Shown here: piece after piece, positions 30,586 through 40,313 of the stretch
How positions within the stretch are numbered: the stretch's first letter is position 1
How the letters are laid out: each line of letters opens with the position of its first letter
Assembly: GCA_965233585.1 (NCBI GenBank)
Contig: CBDDTI010000164.1
Span: 1-40,313 of the forward strand
Source: a bacterium
GTDB lineage: Bacteria; SAR324; NAC60-12
Reading direction: 5' to 3'
DNA length: 40,313 nucleotides
Program-made: the position numbers and the translations under genes
The notes under the pieces: model-generated
Told to the model about the DNA's origin: nothing
The model's database searches: none
Seen by the model: the letters and a program-made list of their open reading frames with translations, nothing else

Positions 30586-31356
30586 ATGCCAAAAAATAGG
30601 GAATCAAGATTGATTGGTTTTAAGAGGTGTGGGCCTTTCCAAATAAAACTGGGAAGAAGGACACCTGTGGAACAAGTCTCGGTCGAGCTCACGTCCGCAT
30701 CTTCCACCGTCGCGCTGCCTTCGAATTCACCGCCCGCTTCCCTTTCCACTTCCTTTATACGAATTAGAACTGAGCCCCTTTTAACCTCGACACCAAACAC
30801 CTCGTTCAGACCGGTGTGTTACAGCCCTCCGCCTTCCCCATCGCCCGTGGCATCACCGGTCTATTCAATGCCGGCTCCCTATCGTCCGCTTCAACCTGGT
30901 TTGTTTTTGCCGGGCCCCCCAACTCCGGCTCCACCGAGACTACCAATTATGTCTCCAACGGCTGTGCCCCTCCCGCAATCCCCAATGTTGTGTGACATGA
31001 GGGCTTTGCGGGCTCAGCTAAGGCCGATCCGTCCGGCACCGATAACAACTCCGCTTCTAGCTGCACCGCCGCGACTCGTCATCCCCGAACCGCAAAGGGT
31101 GGTAAGATTACCGCGCGTGTCGGTAAATGGAGGGGTCATAAGTGAGGGGCTCGACTTGAGGGTAAACCGCCCCTGTCCGGATCCGCAGGTTTTTACGGAA
31201 AAATTGAAAAAAATTTTAAGTAAGGTGTCCCCCTTGCTCGTATTTTACGAGTCGCAAGGGGAAAATTTATTTTTAAACCCTTCCATACGCGATCTGTATA
31301 AAAAAAATTTAACTGAAGTCCAAGAATTTGTAGAAAGTGCAAATAATTTATTGTAA
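30586..31356 (+). CDS. Proline-rich hypothetical protein with helical C-terminus
   Basis: 256-aa GC-rich ORF within AT-rich flanks. Confidence 0.65.
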   Translation: MPKNRESRLIGFKRCGPFQIKLGRRTPVEQVSVELTSASSTVALPSNSPPASLSTSFIRIRTEPLLTSTPNTSFRPVCYSPPPSPSPVASPVYSMPAPYRPLQPGLFLPGPPTPAPPRLPIMSPTAVPLPQSPMLCDMRALRAQLRPIRPAPITTPLLAAPPRLVIPEPQRVVRLPRVSVNGGVISEGLDLRVNRPCPDPQVFTEKLKKILSKVSPLLVFYESQGENLFLNPSIRDLYKKNLTEVQEFVESANNLL

Positions 31357-31451
31357 ATATAACAATTGTTTGTGTGTGTATATATTAAAGATTATAAGAT
31401 ACATCATTTTTTCCTTTTTCAGAAAAAGTTTAAAAGCGAGAGAAAAAAAGA

Positions 31452-32087
31452 ATGACGCACAAGTGTGAAACGTGTCACATATCGTTTTCCAGAAAGAGTC
31501 GTCTTGTCAATCATTTAAAATTAAAACACAGAAATCAAGCAAATCATAGTGGTCGCGACAAGTTAAGAAAGTGCCCGTTTTGTGAACTTAAATACAGTGA
31601 TAAGAACGAGTTATCGTCACACGTAGATTCGAATCACGCGGAATCAAGGGTATTTTCTAAAAGGCAAGGAGCCATTGGCGACAAAGTTTGCATTTTCCAA
31701 CAAGAACTGACTCACCTAAAAAGCTCTTTGCAAGATTTTTGCAACTCTAAGCAAACGATCGAAAATGTGTTGAATCTCGTTAAAAGTCAATTTACACATC
31801 GGGTGGTTTGTCGAATAAGTATAACAATCACGGCAGATTACGAGATACAGGGTTTAGATGAAGAAAGTCAGGGAAAAAGCGTCGACATCGATTCTTTCAC
31901 GTTACGGTCAAAAGGCGTCGCGGTCAACAAATATCAAAGCGATGAGCAGATTCGAGATAGGATAAAGTCACTTTTGGTTGGATCGGTGGAGAGGGAAGAC
32001 GATTTGTTAACTAGAGGTTCAGGCTGGCGATTTGCTCAACTTCAAAGTTGCAGCGTTTTAATCTATGACTGTAGCAGTATTTTTTAA
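31452..32087 (+). CDS. C2H2 zinc fingers + GSGW domain (normally the N-terminal part of Polinton pPolB)
   Basis: CETC...HLKLKH, CPFC...HVDSNH, LTRGSGWRF. Confidence 0.75.
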   Translation: MTHKCETCHISFSRKSRLVNHLKLKHRNQANHSGRDKLRKCPFCELKYSDKNELSSHVDSNHAESRVFSKRQGAIGDKVCIFQQELTHLKSSLQDFCNSKQTIENVLNLVKSQFTHRVVCRISITITADYEIQGLDEESQGKSVDIDSFTLRSKGVAVNKYQSDEQIRDRIKSLLVGSVEREDDLLTRGSGWRFAQLQSCSVLIYDCSSIF

Positions 32088-32089
32088 AA

Positions 32090-35000
32090 ATGAACAGCGA
32101 CTCTGTAAACGTGCCCGAGTATTTATTAAAGTGTCGAAGTGTTTTATGGAACAGAAAATACGATGAAAAGAACTTTCTATATTGTGTCATACGACATCTT
32201 TGGCCGGAAACGGCAAACATCAGACGATGCGAAAAAATTCCCAAGGAGTATGAAAGTAAATTTAACTTGCAAGGTTTAACCTTTCCCCTGCAGTTTAGCC
32301 AGATTAGTAAGTTTGTTCGAATTAACAAGCACCTACCGTTACGTATAAGAGTTCTTTTTGAAGGTGAACATCAACTGAGTGTTTTAGACGTTTTCTCCAA
32401 TAGATCTGGCGAGAAAAATAAGAACAAAAATACGCTAAATTTGCTAATGATTAAAAGTGATTGTCGAATTTCATCGGCCAATAAAGACAGCATTGACGTA
32501 AATGGCATTTCCAACGTAAAAGACCTTGAGCATCAGCACCATTTTTTCACTATTGCTAATTTAAATGGCTTTTTGAACAACCGAAAATCTGCTATGACCA
32601 AAGGAAGACGGCATAGAAGTCAGTTTTATTTTTGTGACAGCTGTTTAAGAGATTTTCGTTCGCACAAGAAACAAAAATTACACGAAAAAATCTGTCAAAT
32701 GGATAAACAAGCGGTGATTTATCCGGAAAAGGGCAGTGTCTTGAATTTCGATAAGCAAAGAAATGCTTTTAAAGCACCTGTAGTGGGATTTGCTGATTTT
32801 GAGTGTTTTATGGAAAAGTCAGAGCAAGAAGCAAAAACATGTAAAACATGCGGAAAAGCGTGGGTGACATGCGAATGTCAAGTGTCGGGATGCACTGAGC
32901 TAAGTAAACATCGAGCTTGCGGCTATTCAATTTGTTTTGTCGATTCGGAAAACGAAGTATTTTATCAAGAAACGTACAGTGGAAAAGACGCTGTGGAAAA
33001 TTTTCTATCAAAGCTGGATTATTTCGAAGAATTAGTGGAAGCGCGAAAGCAACGGTTCAAGAACACATCTCAAATTATAGCGAGCAAACATGATTGGGAA
33101 GAGTACCGCGCCGCCACGCTATGTCATATTTGCAAAAAAGAATTTGATTCAGGCTCGCGATTATATAAAAAAGTGGTTGATCATGATCACGTCACCGGAA
33201 ACATTGTTCAAGCGGCGCATTCTATTTGCAATCTGCAACGACAGGGCCCATTTAGAACACCTATATACTTTCACAACGCCAAAGGGTAAGTACAGACTTT
33301 TTTAATATTTATAATCCTTGACTTGAGGGAAAGTCATTTTAAATTTTTTTAATTTTAAGATATGACATAAATCTACTAGTAGAAAAATTGGACAAAGAGG
33401 CTAATCTGATGGCGAGTAACCAAGAAAAGTTTAGGACAATCACTATTGGAAAATTTCAAATTAGGGATTCTCTAGAGCACGTGCCATCCAGTCTTGATGC
33501 GCTCATGACCGATTTATGCAAGGATGAGACGTTTACCTTTCCGATTCTCAAACAATTCGAGCCTTACAGGAGGCTGTGGACGCGACAAAAGGCGAAAGGT
33601 TTAAAATTATTGAAAAGAAAAGGAGTATATCCGTATGAATACTTTTCATCATATGAGTCAATTAAAAACAGTCAATTTCCACCAAAAGACGCTTTCTACT
33701 CGAGATTGAGCGAAGCCCACATCTCAACCGAAGATCATAAGCACGGCTATGAAGTGTACAAGTTTTTTAATTGTAAAAATATGGACGACTACATGAAGTT
33801 ATATTGCGGACTGGACGTGATTTTGCTGGCTGAGATTTTTGTAAAGTATCGAGAAATGGTGATGAAGCACTTTGAGTTGGATCCCATCTACTATTTAGGT
33901 ATACCTGGCTTGTCATTTGACATCATGCTGAAAATGTTTCAAAATGAAGAAAGAAAAGACGAAGAAGAGATTAGTGCCGATTTTATGTCGAAACCACCGG
34001 GCTCATTGGACTTGTTTCACGATCCGGCAATGGAACAGTTTTTTACACGCGGCATTAGAGGAGGGCAGAGTTTTATAGCTACCAGACAAGCGACGGGTCA
34101 GGCCGATCCTAAAGCGAGCGGCGAGCATTTACTATATGTAGATGGTAATATTTTTTATTAAACGTCAAAGAAAAAAAGATTGATTAAAATTACGATACAT
34201 TTTCAGCTAACAATCTTTACGGCAGCATGGAAACACGCATGCTGCCGGTGGGTAATTTTAAGTGGGTGCCAAAAAAGGTGATAAAAACATGGACGGACAA
34301 GGACATTTTGAATTTGCCTTCGCAAAGCAGGATTGGCTATGCTTTTGAAGTGGATTTGCACTATCCAAAAAAATATCATAAGGTAAAAAAATTTGTTTTT
34401 GCTAAACACCAACTGCTAGAAAAATTTTTTTATTTATTTTGCAGAGAGATGATCAATTTCCTTTGGCTCCTTACACTGACACAATAAACTTTGATGATCT
34501 GTCACCGTTTAACAAACAACTTTTGAAGAAGCACTGTCCGGCTGATTACAAAAACAAACGTTACAGTTCGCGAAAGCTTCTTGCCACATTCTACCCGCGA
34601 CGTAAATATGTCGTCTTGTTAGATAATCTAAAGTATTATTTGAGGCGAGGGCTGAAGCTTACAAAAATCAGACGAGCGGTCAAGTTTGAGCAAAAAGACT
34701 TTTTAAAAAACTTTATCACAAAAATTACAAAATTAAGGTCGGAGGCGAAAACTGATTTTGAATTACGTCTCTTCAAGTTGTTTGCCAATTCCACATTTGG
34801 CAAATTTATAGGTAAAATAAAGTAATGGCTCCCTTTTTTCACAATAAAATGTTTAATTTTTTTTCAGAGAACGCGCGAAACTACATCGAAATCGTGTTGT
34901 GCCACAATGAAAAGAAGCTGAGAAAGACTTGCATGGGTCAGCATGTTTCGAATTTGAAAGTCATAAACGAAAACCTTGTGGCTGTCATGAAAAAACCGGC

Positions 35001-35655
35001 CGTTATTGAAATGAAGAAACCGTTGGCGGTGGGGTTTGCGATTTTGGAACTATCCAAACTCTACATGTATCGATCGTACGACAAATTTAGACGTTACTTT
35101 GGAACGGAGAATCTAAAGTTGTGCTTTTCGGACACAGACTCGTTTCTGTTTCAAGTAAAATGTCAAAATTTAGTTAAAAAGTTAAAAAGAATGGAACACA
35201 TGTTCGACTTCTCAAAATACGATAAAGATCACGAGTTGTTTGACGATAGCAGAGCCAACCATTTGTTTTACTTCAAAGACGAGCTAAAAGGAAAGGCCGC
35301 AATTACTGAATTTATCGGCTTAAGGCCAAAATGTTACAGCATGACGGTCAAGGATTTGAAAACCCGAGGAGCCAGCGTAAAGAAAATTTGTAAGGGCCTT
35401 AAAAAAACTAGTATTAAAAATCACTTGACCTTTGAGGATTACAAAAAATGTTTAAACGAATCAACATTGGTATATAAGCCTCTTGTTAATATTAAATCAA
35501 AGAATCACAGAATGTCAACAACCCACCAACGAAAAATTGCTCTATCTGCCATGGACACCAAACGTTATGTGCTTTCTTGCGGAAAGTGCACTTTGGCCTT
35601 AGGAAGTTGTCATGTAAAAAAATGTTGTAAACATGAATGTAAGGAAATCAAATAA
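32090..35655 (+). CDS. polB: Protein-primed family B DNA polymerase; exons 32090-33285, 33360-34144, 34207-34382, 34445-34811, 34868-35655
   Basis: ExoI FADFE, endonuclease VII-like CHIC...DHDHVTG...HSICNL. Splicing restores FHNAKGYD, YVDANNLYG, YHKRDDQFPLAP, KLFANSTFGKFIEN; motif C SDTDS. Confidence 0.92.
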
Positions 35656-35718
35656 ACGTATTGATAAAAATTGATGGTAATATCTTGTCTCTTTTTTGTG
35701 TCAAGAAAAATTAAAAAC

Positions 35719-36405
35719 ATGGACGGATTTGATTTGCGCTTTAAGCTTCCATCTAACTTACTCGCGGTAGGTCCCACTTCTTGCGGAAAAACGTCATGGC
35801 TAAAAAAACTGGTTGAAGATAGGGCCGTAATGTGCTCGCCCGTTCCGGAATGTATGATTCTATTTTACAAAGAATTTCAACCGGCCTATGCTGATATGGA
35901 GCGAGGGATGAACGATGACGCGCGTGAGAAGAGGTTCTGCAAATTTTCATCCATGCCAGAATCGGTTGAAGAGATGAAAGATATACTGGAAACGTTCCCT
36001 AGAGCTCTTCCAAAAATTGTAGTATTTGACGATTTTCTTGATGAAGTAGGAACGGTGCTAAAGCACTTTTTCACGGTTTTAACGCATCATTATAATTGTT
36101 TGACAGTTTTTTTGTGTCAGAACATGTTTAGCGCCAAAAGCGAACTCAGAATGCTCAGCATCAACTCGCAGTACATGATTTTATTCAACAATCCCAGAGA
36201 CCGTAGCGCCGTCTCGCACCTGGCTAAACAGGTGTATCCGGGTAACGTGCATCGGCTAAACGATGCATATGCGGCAGCAACCGGTGAAAGACCTTATGGC
36301 TATTTACTGCTGGATTTTCATCAGCAGCAGAATAATTTGGTTCGATTAAGAAGTCATATTTTTCCGGACGAACAGCCTACAAGGGCGTACAACGTACGCA
36401 CGTAA
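35719..36405 (+). CDS. FtsK/A32-like genome packaging ATPase
   Basis: Walker A GPTSCGKT, Walker B VVFDD, THHYN, FLCQN, NSQY, PYGYLLLD. Confidence 0.9.
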   Translation: MDGFDLRFKLPSNLLAVGPTSCGKTSWLKKLVEDRAVMCSPVPECMILFYKEFQPAYADMERGMNDDAREKRFCKFSSMPESVEEMKDILETFPRALPKIVVFDDFLDEVGTVLKHFFTVLTHHYNCLTVFLCQNMFSAKSELRMLSINSQYMILFNNPRDRSAVSHLAKQVYPGNVHRLNDAYAAATGERPYGYLLLDFHQQQNNLVRLRSHIFPDEQPTRAYNVRT

Positions 36406-36435
36406 GAATGGCAAAATCGTTAAGTAGAATGGTAA

Positions 36436-36789
36436 ATGACGAAATCACTAGAAAAAGCAGTTTCTCTTTTAAACGCGGTAAAACATTTAAAAGACCGTGA
36501 CTGTTCCAATTTCATTGGATGTTTAAACGAGGAAGGCATCTATACTCTGTGTCGAATAATACACTACGTTTTGAACGGAGAGCTTACTTTTAGTAAGCGC
36601 GTTCGAGCAAGGTTAAGATCGAAAGTCGGGTGTCATCTGCCTGACTTTAAAAAACTGTCAAATTACCCGCGCAATAGTCGAGATATTTGCAAAAAGAAGC
36701 GAATACTGCAAAGAGGAGGCATAATCGGGGTTCTGACGGCTATTGCTAGCGCTGTAATACCTCTAATCACTCAACTTATTACAAAATGA
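36436..36789 (+). CDS. Small virion protein with adenovirus pX-like C-terminus (GasderminX-type)
   Basis: KKRILQRGG|IIGVLTAIASAVIPLI resembles pX RGG|ILPLLIPLIAAAIG. Confidence 0.6.
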   Translation: MTKSLEKAVSLLNAVKHLKDRDCSNFIGCLNEEGIYTLCRIIHYVLNGELTFSKRVRARLRSKVGCHLPDFKKLSNYPRNSRDICKKKRILQRGGIIGVLTAIASAVIPLITQLITK

Positions 36790-38282
36790 AAAAGAAACAG
36801 GAAGAGGACGTATCCACCATGTTTTTGGTGCCGAAACGAATTTACCTTGCCTTGAGGGAGGTCATTAGCGAAGATGACAAGCTTAATCAATTAGATCAAT
36901 TGAATAAAGGTACAAATTATATAGAAGACGCTATTCAATTTAAGCAGCAGAAATCCTACAAGACACAACCGGAAGATTTGAAGAAAACGGTTTCAACTTT
37001 GGTAAATACGTTCAATAACATTGAGCAGCCAGCACAGATGGAAATAAACACCTTGCCTGCTCGAAACAGCGAAGAACTCTCGCAAAATGGTTTTACTTCT
37101 GTCCCTCCATCAAGCGGAAGCCAGCCCGATGGTCCTAATTTCATCTTTCCACCTGTAAATCCAACGGAAGCGGAAAACGTAAAACATCAAAAGGAAATAA
37201 CGCTTTCGCATCAGGAAATTGCATCGGAAAATTTACTTAATAACGAGCCTCAGCCTCAACACTGCGAACCATCAAACATCGACTTGAAAAAGAAAAACAT
37301 CGTTCCGCCAAAACTTAGATGCCCGTTTTGTAACTATGCAACCTACTCAAGGGTATATTTTCTTATGCAACATTTGCGTAATAAACACAACTACCGCGCT
37401 AGTTTGGAAGAAGAAAGATTAGCGAGAGAAACATTGGAAAAGGCCAAAATTGAGCGCAATTCAAACAAAACCAAGGAACCTTTGCCATCTTTTCGCGGCA
37501 AAAGAAAAAACATTAGTGACGAGGATGAAAGCGGCATTCCATCAAAGCGGCGAAAACGTGATTGTTTAACTAAAAATTACGATGAAAATGAACCACTTTC
37601 GAAATTAAGACGCAATGTAAAAAATAAAAAATTAAATGCAAAACCAACAAAGAAAAAGGTAAAAAAGTCAACTTTTGATGAAAACGAGCCACTTTCTAAA
37701 TTAAGACGTCAAGGTGTAAAAACGAAGAAAGAAAAGAAAGAATCAAGAAAATTAACTGTTGATGAAATACCTAAACAAGATGAAAAGGTTTTTAAATTAC
37801 GAAAAAACCCGTTTTACATGAAGCCTTATAAAAAATACAATACGAAGAAAGAAAAGAAAGAATTAAAAAAGTTGACTGTTGATGAAATACTTAAACAGGA
37901 TGGGAAGCTTTTTAAATTACGAAAAAACCCGTTTTACAAGAAGCCTTGTGAAAATTTCGATGAAAATGAACCACTTTCGAAATTAAGACGCAATGTAAAA
38001 AATAAAAAAATAAATGCAAAACCGACAAAGAGAAAGTTAAAAGAGTCGACTTTTGATGAAAACGAGCCACTTTCTAAATTAAGACATCGAGGTGTAAAAA
38101 CGAAGAAAGAAAAGAAAGAGTTAAAAAAGTTGACTGATGATGAAATACAGCTTTTTAAATTACGAAAAAACCCATTTTACAAGAAGCCTTATAAAAATTA
38201 CGATGAAAATGAACCACTTTCAAAATTAAGACGCAATAGTAAAAAAAAAACCCGTTTTACAAGAAGCCATTTCCTAAATTGA
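36786..38282 (+). CDS. Hypothetical protein: C2H2 finger plus Lys-rich repeat tail
   Basis: CPFC...HLRNKH; DENEPLSKLR x5, FKLRKNPFY x3. Confidence 0.75.
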   Translation: MKKKQEEDVSTMFLVPKRIYLALREVISEDDKLNQLDQLNKGTNYIEDAIQFKQQKSYKTQPEDLKKTVSTLVNTFNNIEQPAQMEINTLPARNSEELSQNGFTSVPPSSGSQPDGPNFIFPPVNPTEAENVKHQKEITLSHQEIASENLLNNEPQPQHCEPSNIDLKKKNIVPPKLRCPFCNYATYSRVYFLMQHLRNKHNYRASLEEERLARETLEKAKIERNSNKTKEPLPSFRGKRKNISDEDESGIPSKRRKRDCLTKNYDENEPLSKLRRNVKNKKLNAKPTKKKVKKSTFDENEPLSKLRRQGVKTKKEKKESRKLTVDEIPKQDEKVFKLRKNPFYMKPYKKYNTKKEKKELKKLTVDEILKQDGKLFKLRKNPFYKKPCENFDENEPLSKLRRNVKNKKINAKPTKRKLKESTFDENEPLSKLRHRGVKTKKEKKELKKLTDDEIQLFKLRKNPFYKKPYKNYDENEPLSKLRRNSKKKTRFTRSHFLN

Positions 38283-38453
38283 TTGTTAGAAAGTTTTAAG
38301 AAAAAGAAGATGAAAAGATAAAAATAAAATTTTCATATTTTTGCAATTTCCTTAACTATTTAGTAACAGCATTCCGTTGAAGTTTATTGCAAAAAAAGAA
38401 AAGAAAAACCCCCAAGTTATTGAGCACGTTTCTTCGTCTATGGACCGCTGACA

Positions 38454-38513
38454 TTCTGGTGCCGGGATCTAAAATTTCACGCCAGCGTCAAAATTGAGAT
38501 CCCGGCACCAGAA
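38454..38513. repeat. 60-nt hairpin with perfect 17-bp outer arms
   Basis: ttctggtgccgggatct (38454-38470) / agatcccggcaccagaa (38497-38513). Confidence 0.92.
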
Positions 38514-38564
38514 AAAGTAATGCAGACAAGTAAAATTTTGATGCGTGCATGAAATTTTTAGTGC

Positions 38565-38877
38565 GTGCACCAACTTTTTCATGCCTGCATTAGACAGAGC
38601 AATGCAGGCACCAAACTTTTCATGCACGCACCAAACTTCTCATGCCAGCATTAGACAAAGCAATGCAGGCACCAGATTTTTCGTGCACGCGCCAAACTTT
38701 TCATGCCAGCATTAGACGAAGCAATGCAGGCACCAAACTTTTCATGCACGCACCAAATTTCTCATGCCGGCATTAGACGGAGCAATGCAGGCACCAAACT
38801 TTTGGTGCACGCACCAAATTTCTCATGCCAGCATTAGACACAGCAATGCACGCACCAAACTTTTGGTGCACGCACCA
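38565..38877. repeat. 61-bp tandem repeat x5 built from ~20-bp subunits
   Basis: gcattagac at 38587, 38648, 38709, 38770, 38831. Confidence 0.95.
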
Positions 38878-38946
38878 GAAATCGGTGTGCATTTAGATGA
38901 TTTTAGATTGAATCAGTTGACGTTTTGCTTGCAACGAGAACGCATC

Positions 38947-38997
38947 TAGATGAATTTAGATGAATTTAGAACGCATTTAGATGAATTTAGATGAATT
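38947..38997. repeat. 10-bp repeat (tagatgaatt)
   Basis: Four near-perfect copies around one variant unit. Confidence 0.85.
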
Positions 38998-39100
38998 CGG
39001 GCCGAAAACATCTAAAAACAAGCTTCTGTCATCCGTTTTGAAAATTGGGCCTGTTGTGACAAGTCACTATTTTTTAATTACAGCTCTTTTTCACTCTTCA

Positions 39101-39966
39101 CACCATGTTCCTATTGATGCTAAAGACATTCACAAATGACAATTTTTGAAAGATGCATATCTTCATGATCGGGTAAGTATACTGAATGTTTTTTTAATTA
39201 AAATTCAAGTTCCCTTGTGGCCACAACACCTCCAACTTTATGTACTGCATCACTTCATAGAAGGAATAGGGTTTTGGAGCAAACACATGGAGACACAAAC
39301 TCAAACAGTTTTCAATTTAGGGACCTTCCTTAGTACTGGAGAGTCAAAAAAATTTGAAAAAATATTTTAATCAAAAGTTATCTTGCTTTTATAAACACTA
39401 AATACCATATTATTTTTCTAAGCAGGTCACCGTGTCTTTTGCAGAAACCACTCAGTAGATTCTCAGAAAAACAACTGATATCTCTTCATGTTGGCAGGAC
39501 CCATCTTTTTTGTTTAATGCTTAATCCTTAATCACCTATAATTACATAATAATATGACCCCCTTGCCATGGACCCCAAAAATGGAGACCATGATGGTAAA
39601 AGGTGGTTTATTGGTATAAGCAGCTTCCTGACATTAAGTACTTTAGTAGGCTTATGATGTGATTTGTAAGCCCATCTATTTCTTTATAAACAAACTATTT
39701 TTGCCAATTTTTGGACTCAATGCAATCCTCTGGTCCTGAAGAAGGCCCTCTATATCAAAAATTGTTTCAATTTTTGCATCCATGTGTTTGCTCCAGCACC
39801 CTCCTCTATTAAGTGATGCGGTACTTAGAGGCAGAAATGTTAAAAAGGAGTTATAAGAGAACTTGAACAACAGCAAAAAACAAGCAGTTTACATTCCTGA
39901 TCATGAAAATATGCATCTTTCATGTTGTCATTTGTAAATGTCTTTAGCAGTAATAGAAACATGGTG
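39101..39966. repeat. Diverged long inverted repeat (foldback/MITE-like or inverted duplication)
   Basis: 39101-39173 vs reverse complement of 39896-39966; inner pair tggagcaaacacatgga at ~39275 vs ~39779-39795. Confidence 0.7.
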
Positions 39967-40313
39967 CGTCCCGATGTAATGAAGAAAACCTGAATAGCCG
40001 AAATCTGGGCTCAACTGGATAAAAAAATGAGGCAGCTAAGAGCCCCTTGCTTATGTACATCTCGTCCTTTTATAGTATCTTTGAGGGTCTCTAGACTCCA
40101 GGGACAGGCAATTTCTTCGGTCACACTTTCTTCCAAAAAAGGAAAAATATAAGGAAAAATGCATCTTAATCTTATTTGATGTTGTGCTTCTTTGACCAAG
40201 TAAAGCATGAGATTTGATTTTACGTCCAGGTATTTCTTCTTACAGAAAAAATGTAAATGGCACGCATGAATGAAGAATTTTTTTCCTCTCTTTGAGAGTT
40301 TGCTGCTGCTGTC

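Larger units (their letters stand above)
22946..39000. mobile_element. Polinton/Maverick (adintovirus-like) endogenous DNA virus, left part missing; right end approximate
   Basis: pPolB, packaging ATPase, adenain, MCPs and integrase N-terminus in one compact gene cluster. Confidence 0.9.

Noticed and set aside
33286..34867. pPolB as a fragmented pseudogene
   Set aside because: Each break is a GT-AG intron whose removal restores frame and motifs
38565..38877. 61-bp periodic array as CRISPR
   Set aside because: Whole units repeat with no unique spacers, no cas genes, eukaryotic context

Overview
This is eukaryotic, probably invertebrate, genomic DNA (short GT-AG introns, TATA plus TCAGT initiator motifs) made almost entirely of mobile or viral elements. 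(1) 1-7124 (+) is the 3' half of a Ty3/Gypsy LTR retroelement: integrase, an env-like glycoprotein, a ~2 kb non-coding tract and the 3' LTR. (2) 8513-22945 (-) is a near-complete related element (LTR-PBS-gag-pol-env-2 kb tract-LTR) lying tail-to-tail with the first. The env of both looks like a chuvirus-type (class III, gB-like) fusion glycoprotein and appears to have its own internal TATA/Inr promoter. (3) 22946-~39000 is a Polinton/Maverick (adintovirus-like) endogenous DNA virus. Its integrase is cut off by the retroelement LTR. It carries a cupiennin-like protein, two tandem major capsid paralogs, an adenain protease, a protein-primed PolB with four spliceosomal introns, an FtsK/A32 ATPase, a pX-like protein, and a subterminal hairpin plus 61-bp repeats. 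Unusually, it also encodes its own TBP and TFIIB, and possibly a PC4-like protein. All family assignments come from motif recognition by eye; no database searches were run.
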